Shown piece by piece: positions 30,219 to 39,859 of a stretch of DNA of 64,000 bases (position 1 is the stretch's first letter; every line of letters begins with the position of its first letter). Under the pieces are notes generated by a model. That model did no database searches. It was not told the DNA's origin and saw nothing but the letters and a program-made list of their open reading frames with translations. Position numbers and translations under genes: made by a program. Origin of the DNA: a virus. The stretch lies in IMG/VR virus record IMGVR_UViG_3300009180_000022; one strand, written 5' to 3'.

Positions 30219-30878
30219 ATGAAACTTGAAAACACAACCATTCAGATCTTGAAAAGCTTTTCAACGATAAATCCATCCTTGATGTTTAAGGCCGGGAGTA
30301 CATTAAGTACTTGTACTCCTTTAAAGACAGTATTTGCCAAGGCAACTATCACCGAGCAGATTCCAAATAGCTTTGCTATCTTTGATCTGTCTAAGTTCCT
30401 CGGGGTGCTTAGTTTGTTCAATGCACCAGAGATCAATATTGGTGATCGTAGTATGGAAATATCAGGCGGGCAGCATAAGGTAAATTATACCTTTGCCGAT
30501 CCTAAACTCATCGTCACTCCTAATGACAAAGAGATTAAGATGCCTGATTGTGAGATCAAATTTAGATTGACCTCTGATGATCTGTCTAAGGTTATGAAAG
30601 CACTCGGTGTGCTACAACTACCAGAGATCGCAGTAACAGGTGATGGAGTTAATATGCACCTGGCTGCTATTGACTCGAAGAATCCCTCTAGTGATACGTA
30701 TAAGATTCAACTAGGGAACACCTTGCTTGTCTATAAGATGATTTTCAAATCAGAAAACATTAAAATTATGGCTGGCGATTATGATGTTGAGATCTCTTCC
30801 CAAGGCGTTGCCTACTTCAAGGGTACTAATATTGAGTATTGGATTGCTACAGAGGCATCAAGTACATTTGAAAAGTGA
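30219..30878 (+). CDS. gp45: Sliding clamp gp45
   Basis: ILKSFSTINPS, FAIFDLSKFL, YWIATE. Confidence 0.93.
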   Translation: MKLENTTIQILKSFSTINPSLMFKAGSTLSTCTPLKTVFAKATITEQIPNSFAIFDLSKFLGVLSLFNAPEINIGDRSMEISGGQHKVNYTFADPKLIVTPNDKEIKMPDCEIKFRLTSDDLSKVMKALGVLQLPEIAVTGDGVNMHLAAIDSKNPSSDTYKIQLGNTLLVYKMIFKSENIKIMAGDYDVEISSQGVAYFKGTNIEYWIATEASSTFEK

Positions 30879-30890
30879 TACTAAATTTAT

Positions 30891-31829
30891 ATGATGAAAC
30901 ATTTCTTGTGGGTGGAGAAATACCGCCCTCAGACTATTGATGATGCTATTCTACCGGAGGACTTGAAGACTGTCTTTCAGAAGTTTGTGGATGATGGGTC
31001 AGTTCCTAACTTACTACTAACTGGCCGCGCCGGTATTGGTAAGACTACTGTTGCAAGAGCAATGCTTGAGCAACTTGAATGTGATTATATTGTCATCAAC
31101 GGCTCGATGAATGGTAATATCGATACACTTCGTAACGAGATAAGGACATTTGCCTCATCTGTATCTCTACAAGGCGGCCGTAAATATGTTATACTCGACG
31201 AGGCCGACTACCTCAACCCAAATAGTACCCAGCCCGCTCTACGTAACTTTATGGAGGAGTTTAGTAGAAACTGTGGCTTCATTCTTACTTGTAATTTTAA
31301 GAATCGTATTATTGAACCTCTACATTCACGTTGTAGCGTTGTGGACTTTAAGGTCGAAGGTAAAGACAAATCAAAGATGGCTATGCAGTTCCTTCAAAGG
31401 ACCTGTAACATCCTTGATAGCGAAGGTGTGGAGTACGATAAGAAGGTTCTAGCAGAGTTAATCATTAAGTATATACCTGATTGGAGGCGCGTTCTTAATG
31501 AGCTTCAACGCTATAGTGCAGCAGGTAAAATTGATACTGGCATCCTGTCTAACTTTCATGATGATAATGTCAAGAACTTAATGAAGATGCTAAAGGAAAA
31601 GAACTTTACAGAGATGCGTAAATGGGTGGCTATAAATACTGATATGGATAATGCGGTGTTCTTTCGTAAGCTCTATGAGATTGCATCGGAATATGTTACA
31701 CCAAATACCATTCCAGTATTAGTATTGAAGCTTGCTGACTATCAATACAAGGCTGCCTTTGTGGCTGATCATGAGATTAATACTGCTGCATGTCTTACCG
31801 AACTAATGGTTGATTGCGAATTCAAATAA
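30891..31829 (+). CDS. gp44: Clamp loader large subunit gp44
   Basis: LWVEKYRP, GIGKTT, ILDEAD, PLHSRC. Confidence 0.96.
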   Translation: MMKHFLWVEKYRPQTIDDAILPEDLKTVFQKFVDDGSVPNLLLTGRAGIGKTTVARAMLEQLECDYIVINGSMNGNIDTLRNEIRTFASSVSLQGGRKYVILDEADYLNPNSTQPALRNFMEEFSRNCGFILTCNFKNRIIEPLHSRCSVVDFKVEGKDKSKMAMQFLQRTCNILDSEGVEYDKKVLAELIIKYIPDWRRVLNELQRYSAAGKIDTGILSNFHDDNVKNLMKMLKEKNFTEMRKWVAINTDMDNAVFFRKLYEIASEYVTPNTIPVLVLKLADYQYKAAFVADHEINTAACLTELMVDCEFK

Positions 31830-31836
31830 GACTATA

Positions 31837-32130
31837 ATGAATAACATTATCATCGGCATCCTAACCTGGATTAAGAATGACTACAAGTCTTACCCTCTCC
31901 GCTTTACTATTGAGCTCATTGCTTGGGCTATTAGTATATGTTGTTCTATCACGATGGCACTCACCGTTCCAACCCCTCCCCTCCTGGCTCTTTATCCTAT
32001 CTGGATTTTGGGCTGTGGTATGTACGCTTGGGCTGCTTATAGTCGTAAATCTTTTGGTATGTTGTTTAATTACACCTTACTTGTAACCATAGACTCAATC
32101 GGTCTTATTAGGATGCTTATAAACTTATGA
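31837..32130 (+). CDS. Small membrane protein
   Basis: Three hydrophobic segments; inserted between gp44 and gp62. Confidence 0.6.
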   Translation: MNNIIIGILTWIKNDYKSYPLRFTIELIAWAISICCSITMALTVPTPPLLALYPIWILGCGMYAWAAYSRKSFGMLFNYTLLVTIDSIGLIRMLINL

Positions 32131-32702
32131 AAACATTTTTAGAAATCGGCGCTTGTGACTTTGATAATCTAGATCCGCTGCTAGATTCAGGATGGCGTGG
32201 TATATTAGTAGAGCCAATACCCCTTTATGCTGAGTCACTCCGTAAAAAGGTATTAAAGTATCCTAATGCCATTGTAGAGCAGGTCGCTATTACAAGCAGG
32301 GATGGAACTATCTCTATGGATAGTATGGATGATATCTCGATTACTGGTGTAAATAAGTGGAAGCGTGGCATTAGTCATATATCTCAAACACCTGGAGTGT
32401 CAAAGTATAACTATACTTCAGGCTCTATTACTACCACTACAAACAGTAAAAAGCTAATGGTTGAGTGTATGACGCTTGACGGTTTAATTGACAAACATAA
32501 AATTGAAACAATCGATCTATTACAACTAGACGTTGAAGGTCATGAAATTGTTGTATTAACTAGTTACTCTTGGAAGATTAAGCCAACCATAATGAAGATT
32601 GAACATAAATATGTCAATGATAATGATCTAGTTGCCTTACTCAACTCAAAAGGATATCATTGCTACTACGAAGCTAACGATATCTACGCTATTCTAAAAT
32701 GA
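32127..32702 (+). CDS. FkbM-family methyltransferase
   Basis: LEIGACD, WRGILVEP, IDLLQLDVEGHE. Confidence 0.85.
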   Translation: MKTFLEIGACDFDNLDPLLDSGWRGILVEPIPLYAESLRKKVLKYPNAIVEQVAITSRDGTISMDSMDDISITGVNKWKRGISHISQTPGVSKYNYTSGSITTTTNSKKLMVECMTLDGLIDKHKIETIDLLQLDVEGHEIVVLTSYSWKIKPTIMKIEHKYVNDNDLVALLNSKGYHCYYEANDIYAILK

Positions 32703-33133
32703 CCCCTTTTGACTATATTAACTCCATCTCCTTCAATAAGAACGATCTTATGGGAGGAACTGGGAACGATGAGTTAGCAGAGAAGGATTACCCAGCCTTC
32801 ATAGTCAATAAAGGATTGTCATACTATATCGATACCATCTTACATTCTAATGAGATGAATCAACGGCCATCTACCGATAACAGACTTCAATATACCTATC
32901 TCCTAAATAGTATTAGAGCTCATAAGCGATTTGCTAAATGGGCCAAGCGAGAAGATAGTAATGATCTGGATGCTGTTAAAGAATATTATGGCTATAACAA
33001 TGAAAAAGCCTTTCAAGCCCTGTCCTTACTATCATCTGAACAACTCAGCATGATAAAAGAACAATTACAAAAGGGCGGGTTAAATGAGCATAGTAGACAA
33101 CCTAATAGAGGTGAGGCTAAAAAAAGAGGATGA
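32699..33133 (+). CDS. gp62: Clamp loader small subunit gp62
   Basis: PFDYINSI, NEMN, VKEYYGYNNEKA. Confidence 0.92.
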   Translation: MTPFDYINSISFNKNDLMGGTGNDELAEKDYPAFIVNKGLSYYIDTILHSNEMNQRPSTDNRLQYTYLLNSIRAHKRFAKWAKREDSNDLDAVKEYYGYNNEKAFQALSLLSSEQLSMIKEQLQKGGLNEHSRQPNRGEAKKRG

Positions 33134-33479
33134 TTTCTTAAAGGTCAGGGAAACATTAACTCGGATTGGGGTTGCATCAAAGAAAGATCAGATGCTATAC
33201 CAATCATGTCACATATTACATAAACAGGGCAAATATTACATCGTCCACTTTAAAGAACTATTTCTATTAGATGGTAAGCCATCTAGTTTCGGCGAGGATG
33301 ATGTAGGAAGACGAAATACTATCACTAATTTACTAGCCGAGTGGGGACTCATTGAGATAGTAATCCCAGGTTCAACCAAAGATCCTGTTGCACTTCTATC
33401 ACAAATAAAAGTTCTTCCGTTTAAAGAGAAGGAACAGTGGAATTTAGTGACAAAATACAATATAGGACGTAAGATTTAA
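33084..33479 (+). CDS. regA: Translational repressor RegA
   Basis: DDFLKVRETLTRIGVAS, LYQSCHILHKQGKYYIVHFKELF. Confidence 0.97.
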   Translation: MSIVDNLIEVRLKKEDDFLKVRETLTRIGVASKKDQMLYQSCHILHKQGKYYIVHFKELFLLDGKPSSFGEDDVGRRNTITNLLAEWGLIEIVIPGSTKDPVALLSQIKVLPFKEKEQWNLVTKYNIGRKI

Positions 33480-33484
33480 TCTTT

Positions 33485-33510
33485 AGCCACCAATAGGTGG
33501 CTTTTTTTTT
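33485..33510 (+). terminator. Rho-independent terminator after regA
   Basis: AGCCACC-AATA-GGTGGCT then T run. Confidence 0.88.
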
Positions 33511-33550
33511 GGTGTTTCGTTACAATGAACAGACTAGGAAAGGAATGTTC

Positions 33551-34051
33551 ATGCTTCAGTACTCGGATAAACTAATTAAATCTAATATTCATATGTCAGG
33601 TTACGCATATTATAATAAGGCGCTGCGTCCTAAATCTGATATCGTGGTCCTTATCATTCAGAAGACCCTTCCGGAGTTTATAAAGCTTCTTAATCTTCCA
33701 AAGGGCCTTGCGTTCAGGGTTGCTCCTATTAAAGCCAAGCGTACGCGAGGGGTATATGTTGTAGGTCAGCAGCTTGCTGAAATTGATCCTCGTCAGAGAG
33801 CAGAGGATGTTCTTACTACCCTTGCCCATGAACTGGTGCATGCCGAGCAATATTATGAAGGGCGCCTAAAGATAGAGTATCTCCGGGGGCATGGGCAGGT
33901 TCATATGTGGAATGGTGAGTTTATTACTAATAAAGGATCGACCTATCAGGCATATCGAGACCAGCCTTGGGAGAAGGAAGCGTTTGAGCGTCAAGTAATA
34001 TTAGCTAAAGAGATAGGCAAGATACTAGATTCAAAATTATCCTCTACATAA
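33551..34051 (+). CDS. HExxH zinc metallopeptidase-like protein
   Basis: TLAHELVHAEQ and PWEKEA; start chosen from AAAGGA RBS. Confidence 0.7.
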   Translation: MLQYSDKLIKSNIHMSGYAYYNKALRPKSDIVVLIIQKTLPEFIKLLNLPKGLAFRVAPIKAKRTRGVYVVGQQLAEIDPRQRAEDVLTTLAHELVHAEQYYEGRLKIEYLRGHGQVHMWNGEFITNKGSTYQAYRDQPWEKEAFERQVILAKEIGKILDSKLSST

Positions 34052-34084
34052 ATAGTCGAAAGATTATTTACCCGAGGACTGATC

Positions 34085-35749
34085 ATGAATCCATATCAAG
34101 ATATCAAATTAGACGAGGCGCGCATGAGCGCTGCTCAGCGATTAAGTAACGCATGGGATAAGCAGCGCGCCAAGAGCGATGCCAGCCTTCGTCGTACTCC
34201 AAGTAGTATTCCTAAAAAGGAAGAACCAAAGAAGGAAGTAGCTGAAGCAAAAGATCCAGGCGAATATGATCAAGAAGGCGATATGGCCAAGGGTCAATTA
34301 CGCACGATTATAGCCAATGCAAAGAGAGCACATGATATGCTCGATGATAATACTAACATGGCTGAATGGGTACAGAGTAAGATTACGCTTGCATCTGATT
34401 ACATTAGTTCTGTTGCTGACTATATGCAAAGTCAAATAGAAGAGGCATATGGTCCAGCAGCTACAGCCGCTATACAAAATAAAGAACCTTCTTATCATGT
34501 TGCCAATATGGATAGGAAAGATAAACAAAATCAACTTAATGTAGATAGGGAAAGATCGTTAGCCCGTCAACAGGTTGCTAGAGGTGAAGATCCAACGCTA
34601 ACTCATGCAGGAAATGCAGCTCTTAAATCTCAAAATAAGACTAAATTAAAAGAAGAAACACTTTCAGAGTTAAACAAAGACACATTATACTCGTACAGAA
34701 GAAAAGCTGATAAAGATCTTGATAAGCAAGGAAACGAGCTCGATTCAAATGTTCGTCATGGAAAAGCTAAAGAAGCTAATAAGAACTCATTTAAGGTCAG
34801 TAAAAGAATGGCTGGTATTGATCGTGCTGAAACTCGTTTGAATAAAGAATCAGCAATCTGTTCCAATTGCCAAGCTGACCCATGCATCTGTGATGTCTCT
34901 CATGGATTCGTATCTGAAGCTGAATTAGATGAAGTATTTGCTGATCAAGGTTCAGGATCAACTGCTAAAGATAACGCAGAGTATATGAAAAGACGCAACG
35001 CGGCTAAGAAGCCCAGTCATTTAACTCCAGGATGGATGCTTAAGAAGGATCCAGAACTAGGCGCCAAGGTCAAAGCAATGATTAAAATTGGCAAGGCACG
35101 CGCAAAGTCTCATGGAGACATAAATGCCGGTAAGGATGTGAAGACTGATATTGAACTACACAATATGGTCGAACGTCTTATTGATATGCGAAATGAAGTT
35201 CCATTGACCATGGACAACTATGATGCAATTACAGGAAAGCTCAAAGAAAGTGCCGGTAACGGCGTTGGCGTTTTTAGCCATGAGTTGAGTAATATTAACC
35301 GTGGTATGCAAGTGAAAAAGGCTCTCGATAAAGACCAATCTCTTGAAAAAAAGAGAATGGAACCCGTTCGACAATCTAGAGTTAATCCTGTTTCGGAAGA
35401 ACAGATTAATGAATTGTCTAAAGACACATTGAAGTCTTATGTTGACAAGTTAATGGCGATGAAGAAGGAGCTATCAATAGTTCAAAAATCTCATACTAAG
35501 ATGGAAAAGGATGTTGCTAAAGCAAAAGAAAAGGCCGATGCAGCACCATCCCAAGAAGATCACGATTCGGCTTTAAATCATTTTAAAACTCAGTATCTAA
35601 ATGCCAAAAGAAACAAAGATGACCAAGGGGCCAACGATGCTGCCAGGGGCTATCATGATTATTCACACAAACTATCTAACATCTATCAAAGGAAGCTAAA
35701 GGGGCTGGCGATAGGTGAAGAAACTAACCCATATGGAAACTTAGTATGA
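34085..35749 (+). CDS. Modular, probably head-packaged polyprotein
   Basis: CATAAATA late-like promoter at ~34047; repeated L/I/V-x-E junctions; two ELxKDTLxSY modules. Confidence 0.55.
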   Translation: MNPYQDIKLDEARMSAAQRLSNAWDKQRAKSDASLRRTPSSIPKKEEPKKEVAEAKDPGEYDQEGDMAKGQLRTIIANAKRAHDMLDDNTNMAEWVQSKITLASDYISSVADYMQSQIEEAYGPAATAAIQNKEPSYHVANMDRKDKQNQLNVDRERSLARQQVARGEDPTLTHAGNAALKSQNKTKLKEETLSELNKDTLYSYRRKADKDLDKQGNELDSNVRHGKAKEANKNSFKVSKRMAGIDRAETRLNKESAICSNCQADPCICDVSHGFVSEAELDEVFADQGSGSTAKDNAEYMKRRNAAKKPSHLTPGWMLKKDPELGAKVKAMIKIGKARAKSHGDINAGKDVKTDIELHNMVERLIDMRNEVPLTMDNYDAITGKLKESAGNGVGVFSHELSNINRGMQVKKALDKDQSLEKKRMEPVRQSRVNPVSEEQINELSKDTLKSYVDKLMAMKKELSIVQKSHTKMEKDVAKAKEKADAAPSQEDHDSALNHFKTQYLNAKRNKDDQGANDAARGYHDYSHKLSNIYQRKLKGLAIGEETNPYGNLV

Positions 35750-36174
35750 TATCGTTCATTGATTATCTTATTGAGGGTGATGGGCTGTGGGCTAATATTC
35801 ATGCCAAGCGTGCCAGAATCAAGAATGGATCAGGCGAACGAATGAGGAAGCCTGGATCAAAGGGTGCTCCAGATAAACAAGATTTTAAAGATGCCCAGGA
35901 ATCGGCTGCATGGACCAGGAAAGAAGGTCAATCTGATTCAGGGGGCCTAAACAAAAAGGGTATTGCCTCGTATAGGAGAGAGAACCCGGGATCAAAGTTA
36001 TCGATGGCAGTCACTACCAAGCCATCTAAACTAAAGGCTGGATCAAAGGCTGCGAATAGAAGGAAATCATTTTGTGCCAGGATGTCAGGGATGAAGAAAT
36101 CAAGGACGAGTGCAAAGACAGCCAACGATCCTGATTCACGTATTAATAAGGCACTAAGAAAATGGAACTGCTAA
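35746..36174 (+). CDS. Basic conserved phage protein with capsid-targeting-like N-terminus
   Basis: MISFIDYLIE; GLWANIHAKR, RRKSFCARM, ALRKWNC. Confidence 0.65.
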   Translation: MISFIDYLIEGDGLWANIHAKRARIKNGSGERMRKPGSKGAPDKQDFKDAQESAAWTRKEGQSDSGGLNKKGIASYRRENPGSKLSMAVTTKPSKLKAGSKAANRRKSFCARMSGMKKSRTSAKTANDPDSRINKALRKWNC

Positions 36175-36356
36175 CATTTAAACAGTTCAATGAGAACTTC
36201 CAGGATGGGAGGCATCCAGAAGACAAAGGTGATATGGGCAGGTATGGCCTTAAAGGCAAATCGATCACCCAGTTAAAGAAGGTTAGAACATCTGATAGCG
36301 CATCACCAAGGGAGAAGCAACTGGCCCATTGGTTTATTAATATGCACAAGAAATGA
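36162..36356 (+). CDS. Small protein with capsid-targeting-like N-terminus
   Basis: LTFKQFNE N-terminus; basic. Confidence 0.6.
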   Translation: MELLTFKQFNENFQDGRHPEDKGDMGRYGLKGKSITQLKKVRTSDSASPREKQLAHWFINMHKK

Positions 36357-36411
36357 GCCTGGAAAGGTTTTAGAACACGTGTCTACGCCAAAGCCTCCTG
36401 GTTGCTTAATG

Positions 36412-36936
36412 TTACAAAAAGTGGTTAGACAATTCTAGTTCAGGATTGCGTCCCCAGATATATCCAGGAATCAGTTCCTTGCCTCGGCGTTCATGCCCGG
36501 TATATGGATCATAGCACCATTTCATTCCAACATTCCTTTTATGGCCCATGGCACGTAAAGAAATAATATTCTTTGTTGTGTTAGTATGAACATGACCGGT
36601 ATGATTGCCCCTCTTACCCTTCTTGCCCTCACTAATACGTCGACGTTGATATTCAGATTTAGGAACCCCGGTCTTCTGTTCTGACCATAGTTTACGATGA
36701 TGGGCCTTCATATCATCGGTCCAATACTTCCATCCAAACTTCTTTTTAATATGACAGTCCATGATGACTGATTCTATATTATACTGCTTCTTGGTCTTTG
36801 TTATAACGGATGTTAGATTGGTTTGATCTTTAACATAGGTCAACACCTCACCCGCCATACCGTACTTGGCACGAAACTCCTTATCACTTCTATCATATAC
36901 GATGATACTATTTTGGTGCTGAATAAGTCTATGCAT
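36412..36936 (-). CDS. NUMOD3-type DNA-binding protein / homing endonuclease remnant
   Basis: PKSEYQRRRISEGKKG and HTNTTKNIIS NUMOD3-like repeats; KW...IPGYIWGR tail; no clear nuclease domain. Confidence 0.55.
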   Translation of the reverse strand: MHRLIQHQNSIIVYDRSDKEFRAKYGMAGEVLTYVKDQTNLTSVITKTKKQYNIESVIMDCHIKKKFGWKYWTDDMKAHHRKLWSEQKTGVPKSEYQRRRISEGKKGKRGNHTGHVHTNTTKNIISLRAMGHKRNVGMKWCYDPYTGHERRGKELIPGYIWGRNPELELSNHFL

Positions 36937-37126
36937 GGTTCTGATGGGGGCCTGTTATGTTATTAATACGTTGATTATCTATAAGAAAACATTCCTCAAG
37001 TAAATATATTACGTTTTTTGGGATGCAAGATAGTAAGGTAAACTTACTAAAAGGGGAAAGAGTTCAGAAAGCAGTGGATTTAATTACAAAGAATTCCTAT
37101 AATCAATCATCAACAGGAGAAAAGCG

Positions 37127-37405
37127 ATGTTTGTACGAGTAAAGGGTAAATTTTTGGATGGTTCGTCTCTTTGGTTCCCTCTGCCGGGGCTGACGAATGC
37201 TAGGGTGAAGGAACTTTTTGGAACTGGGCTCTCCCGCCAAGATCTCGAAAAGTACTCTGATTCGATCGTGATTCGTAGTGAAATGACGAACAATCTGTAT
37301 TCGCTGTACAAATGCTATGGAACGTGGAGGGTTGGCAAGATGGCCGGCGTCACGCCTATCCAGGCCGAATTCGATGCAAAAGAGTTGGGAAAGTTGTTGA
37401 CTTAA
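37127..37405 (+). CDS. Early hypothetical protein
   Basis: Behind cassette 37074; stop TAA lies in next cassette. Confidence 0.7.
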   Translation: MFVRVKGKFLDGSSLWFPLPGLTNARVKELFGTGLSRQDLEKYSDSIVIRSEMTNNLYSLYKCYGTWRVGKMAGVTPIQAEFDAKELGKLLT

Positions 37406-37450
37406 TTACGCCGTTTGACTATAATTGGATATCAACAGAGGAAACAACGA

Positions 37451-38332
37451 ATGAGCAACATCACATTTGAAGACGGTAAGTACGTAGGTCGCATCGATGG
37501 TAAGGTCGTGGTTCGTAGCACTAGCAAGTACTATGTTCAGAAGCGTGTAGAGGGCGTTCCTTCTACCTCGTTTGTGGCACCGGTGGAGGCAACTCCCGCC
37601 GTTGAGTTCCCTATCAACCAGCGTTTCGAATTTGTGTTCGATCTGGTGACGATGGTGGCTACGGGTGCTACTGCATCGGCTATCATTACCGGTGAGGGCG
37701 GATTGGGCAAGACCCATACCGTGGTGCAGGCATTGCAGGCTGCCGGTCTTCGTGATATCTCTGAGGTGCCAGCTGGTGAGGTTGTGCCTCCTAAGTCGAC
37801 GTATCGCCTGGTGAAGGGCTTCTCTACTGCCAAGGGCCTGTATCGTATCTTGGCCGAGAATGCTAATTCGGTGATCGTGTTCGATGATTGCGATAGCGTT
37901 TTGAAAGATGATAATGCTTTGAACATCCTCAAGGGAGCTTTGGATACGTATGGCAAGCGCTTCATCTCCTGGAACTATTCGCGTGATGATGACGATATCC
38001 CTCGCTTCTTTCAATTCAAGGGTGGCATTGTTTTCATCTCCAACAAGACGCTTCCTTCGATCGATCAGGCTGTTCGTTCGCGTGCTATGTGCGTTGACCT
38101 GTCTATGACCCTGGATCAGAAGATTGAGCGTATGGCGATGATTATGCGTGAAGATAGCTTCATGCCCGAGGCATCGATGGAATGCAAGCAAGCATCGCTG
38201 GATTTAATTAACAGCCTTAAGGAGAAATCTAAAGAGGTGTCTATGCGTACGCTTATCAAGACGACGAAGATTGCAATGGCCGGACGTCCTAACTGGAAGT
38301 CTTTGGCCGAATACATGCTCCTTCAGGGTTGA
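37451..38332 (+). CDS. Early P-loop AAA-type ATPase
   Basis: GEGGLGKT, VIVFDDCD, FISN, AVRSR; start at ATG after cassette RBS. Confidence 0.8.
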   Translation: MSNITFEDGKYVGRIDGKVVVRSTSKYYVQKRVEGVPSTSFVAPVEATPAVEFPINQRFEFVFDLVTMVATGATASAIITGEGGLGKTHTVVQALQAAGLRDISEVPAGEVVPPKSTYRLVKGFSTAKGLYRILAENANSVIVFDDCDSVLKDDNALNILKGALDTYGKRFISWNYSRDDDDIPRFFQFKGGIVFISNKTLPSIDQAVRSRAMCVDLSMTLDQKIERMAMIMREDSFMPEASMECKQASLDLINSLKEKSKEVSMRTLIKTTKIAMAGRPNWKSLAEYMLLQG

Positions 38333-38381
38333 TTTAATTACGCCGTTTGACTATAATTGGATATCAACAGGAGAACACGAT

Positions 38382-38993
38382 ATGAGCCACACATTACAGC
38401 CTTATGACATCAACGAAATCGGTAGCTCTGGCTACGGCCGGATCACGGTAAAGATCCAGGGCTACTGGTCTAGCGATCCTATCACGCTGTATGTTCAGCG
38501 TAATAACTACGGATCTGATGAAGGTTGGAAGACGTCTCTATCTCATAGCTCCGGTGGGCGTGATTCAAAGGAAGTGGTTTCGGACATGGAAGCCGCACGC
38601 AACTTCGCCAGTGCCATGCTTACACTGGCTGATATTGGTGAGACGTTGATTGCCGAGCAAGGCGTGGCCCTTGAGGCTGCATATGAGGCTGAACGTGCCC
38701 GGCGCCTGGCGGTGGCCGAGGCGGAGAAGGCTGCCAAGGTTGCTGCGATTGAAGCCGACCCAGCCATTGGTCTGGCTGTTGCATCAGGCATTGTGGCGGA
38801 GATGGCGGCTGCAGCTGCTAACACGTATGCAGTGACTCGTGTGTTCCGTAAGCGTGGATCTGCGGTGACTTCCAATGTCGTGGCACGATGCAACTACAAG
38901 ACCCGATTTGCGGTGAACGGATGCACAGTCTCTAAGAAGGAAGCCATCGAATACATCGCCTCCCACGCCGAATTGGTGGAACAAAAGAGTTGA
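38382..38993 (+). CDS. Early hypothetical protein (Ala-rich)
   Basis: ATG after AGGAG of cassette 38328. Confidence 0.75.
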   Translation: MSHTLQPYDINEIGSSGYGRITVKIQGYWSSDPITLYVQRNNYGSDEGWKTSLSHSSGGRDSKEVVSDMEAARNFASAMLTLADIGETLIAEQGVALEAAYEAERARRLAVAEAEKAAKVAAIEADPAIGLAVASGIVAEMAAAAANTYAVTRVFRKRGSAVTSNVVARCNYKTRFAVNGCTVSKKEAIEYIASHAELVEQKS

Positions 38994-39042
38994 TTTAATT
39001 ACGGGTGCCGACTATAATTGGATATCAACAGGAGAATACGAT

Positions 39043-39267
39043 ATGAACTTAGAAATCGGCACCCAGATCCAATACACATGCGCCCTCGGAACCCTGAAGG
39101 CTGTTGTCGCCGGCATCAAGATTGCCCCTACTGCAAGGAAGGGTTTTCTGAACACCTGGATCACCCTGGATCTGCCAGTACAGGAAGGCATTGAGCGTGC
39201 CCACAAGACTATGATCCCAGGTAACGATGGTGCCCTGAAGATGTTCAAGGTCGCGGTGATTGCATAA
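39043..39267 (+). CDS. Early hypothetical protein
   Basis: ATG after AGGAG of cassette 38989. Confidence 0.75.
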   Translation: MNLEIGTQIQYTCALGTLKAVVAGIKIAPTARKGFLNTWITLDLPVQEGIERAHKTMIPGNDGALKMFKVAVIA

Positions 39268-39330
39268 AAGGGTGGATTTAATTACGCCGTCTGACTATAA
39301 TAACGTATGTTCAGTAAGAAAGGTAACAAA

Positions 39331-39558
39331 ATGCAAGCACAAGTTGGATCTGTCGTGAAGACGTTTGATTTCCCTGGCCACACCGATTGCTACATGATCG
39401 GACTGGTAACCAAAGTGGAACAGGGTCTGCTGCATTTGAACACGATCAAGCGTGTGATGCAGGGCAAGGAACTGGCAGCACCTGCCACCTATCAGACTCC
39501 GGTACAGGGTGCCTCGTTCATGGATGCATCTTTCGAACGCGTGGTGGTGCTAGCATGA
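39331..39558 (+). CDS. Early hypothetical protein (SH3-like beta barrel possible)
   Basis: AAGG RBS behind cassette 39272; VGSVVKTFDF..CYMIG. Confidence 0.7.
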   Translation: MQAQVGSVVKTFDFPGHTDCYMIGLVTKVEQGLLHLNTIKRVMQGKELAAPATYQTPVQGASFMDASFERVVVLA

Positions 39559-39722
39559 GCATTATGAAGCACATCTATTCGCTGGTCCAGGAGCAGTATT
39601 TGGATGGTGATGACGTCGACGACATCGCCTATGAGTTAGCCGAACGCCTGGACCTTGATCCAGAAGATGCCATGTCTATAGTGCTGCGGCTGGTAGAGGA
39701 GCTGAAAGAGGAGTTGATTTAA
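39555..39722 (+). CDS. Small acidic hypothetical protein
   Basis: ATGA coupling; stop within cassette 39713. Confidence 0.6.
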   Translation: MSIMKHIYSLVQEQYLDGDDVDDIAYELAERLDLDPEDAMSIVLRLVEELKEELI

Positions 39723-39766
39723 TTACGTGATTTTCCTATAATTGGATATCAACAGGAGAACACGAT

Positions 39767-39859
39767 ATGACACTCAAAGAATTCATCCAAGGCACTGCCG
39801 TAGGCATGCTGTTTGCTAGCCCCCTAATCATCGAACTTATCAAGGATCTCTGCAAATGA
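39767..39859 (+). CDS. 30 aa hydrophobic peptide (absent from ORF track)
   Basis: MTLKEFIQGTAVGMLFASPLIIELIKDLCK after cassette RBS; ATGA overlap with next gene. Confidence 0.6.
   Translation: MTLKEFIQGTAVGMLFASPLIIELIKDLCK

Noticed and set aside
37406-38191. 261 aa minus-strand ORF and other antisense ORFs in the track
   Set aside because: Shadows of well-supported plus-strand genes, without RBS, promoter or motifs; longer here because of higher GC
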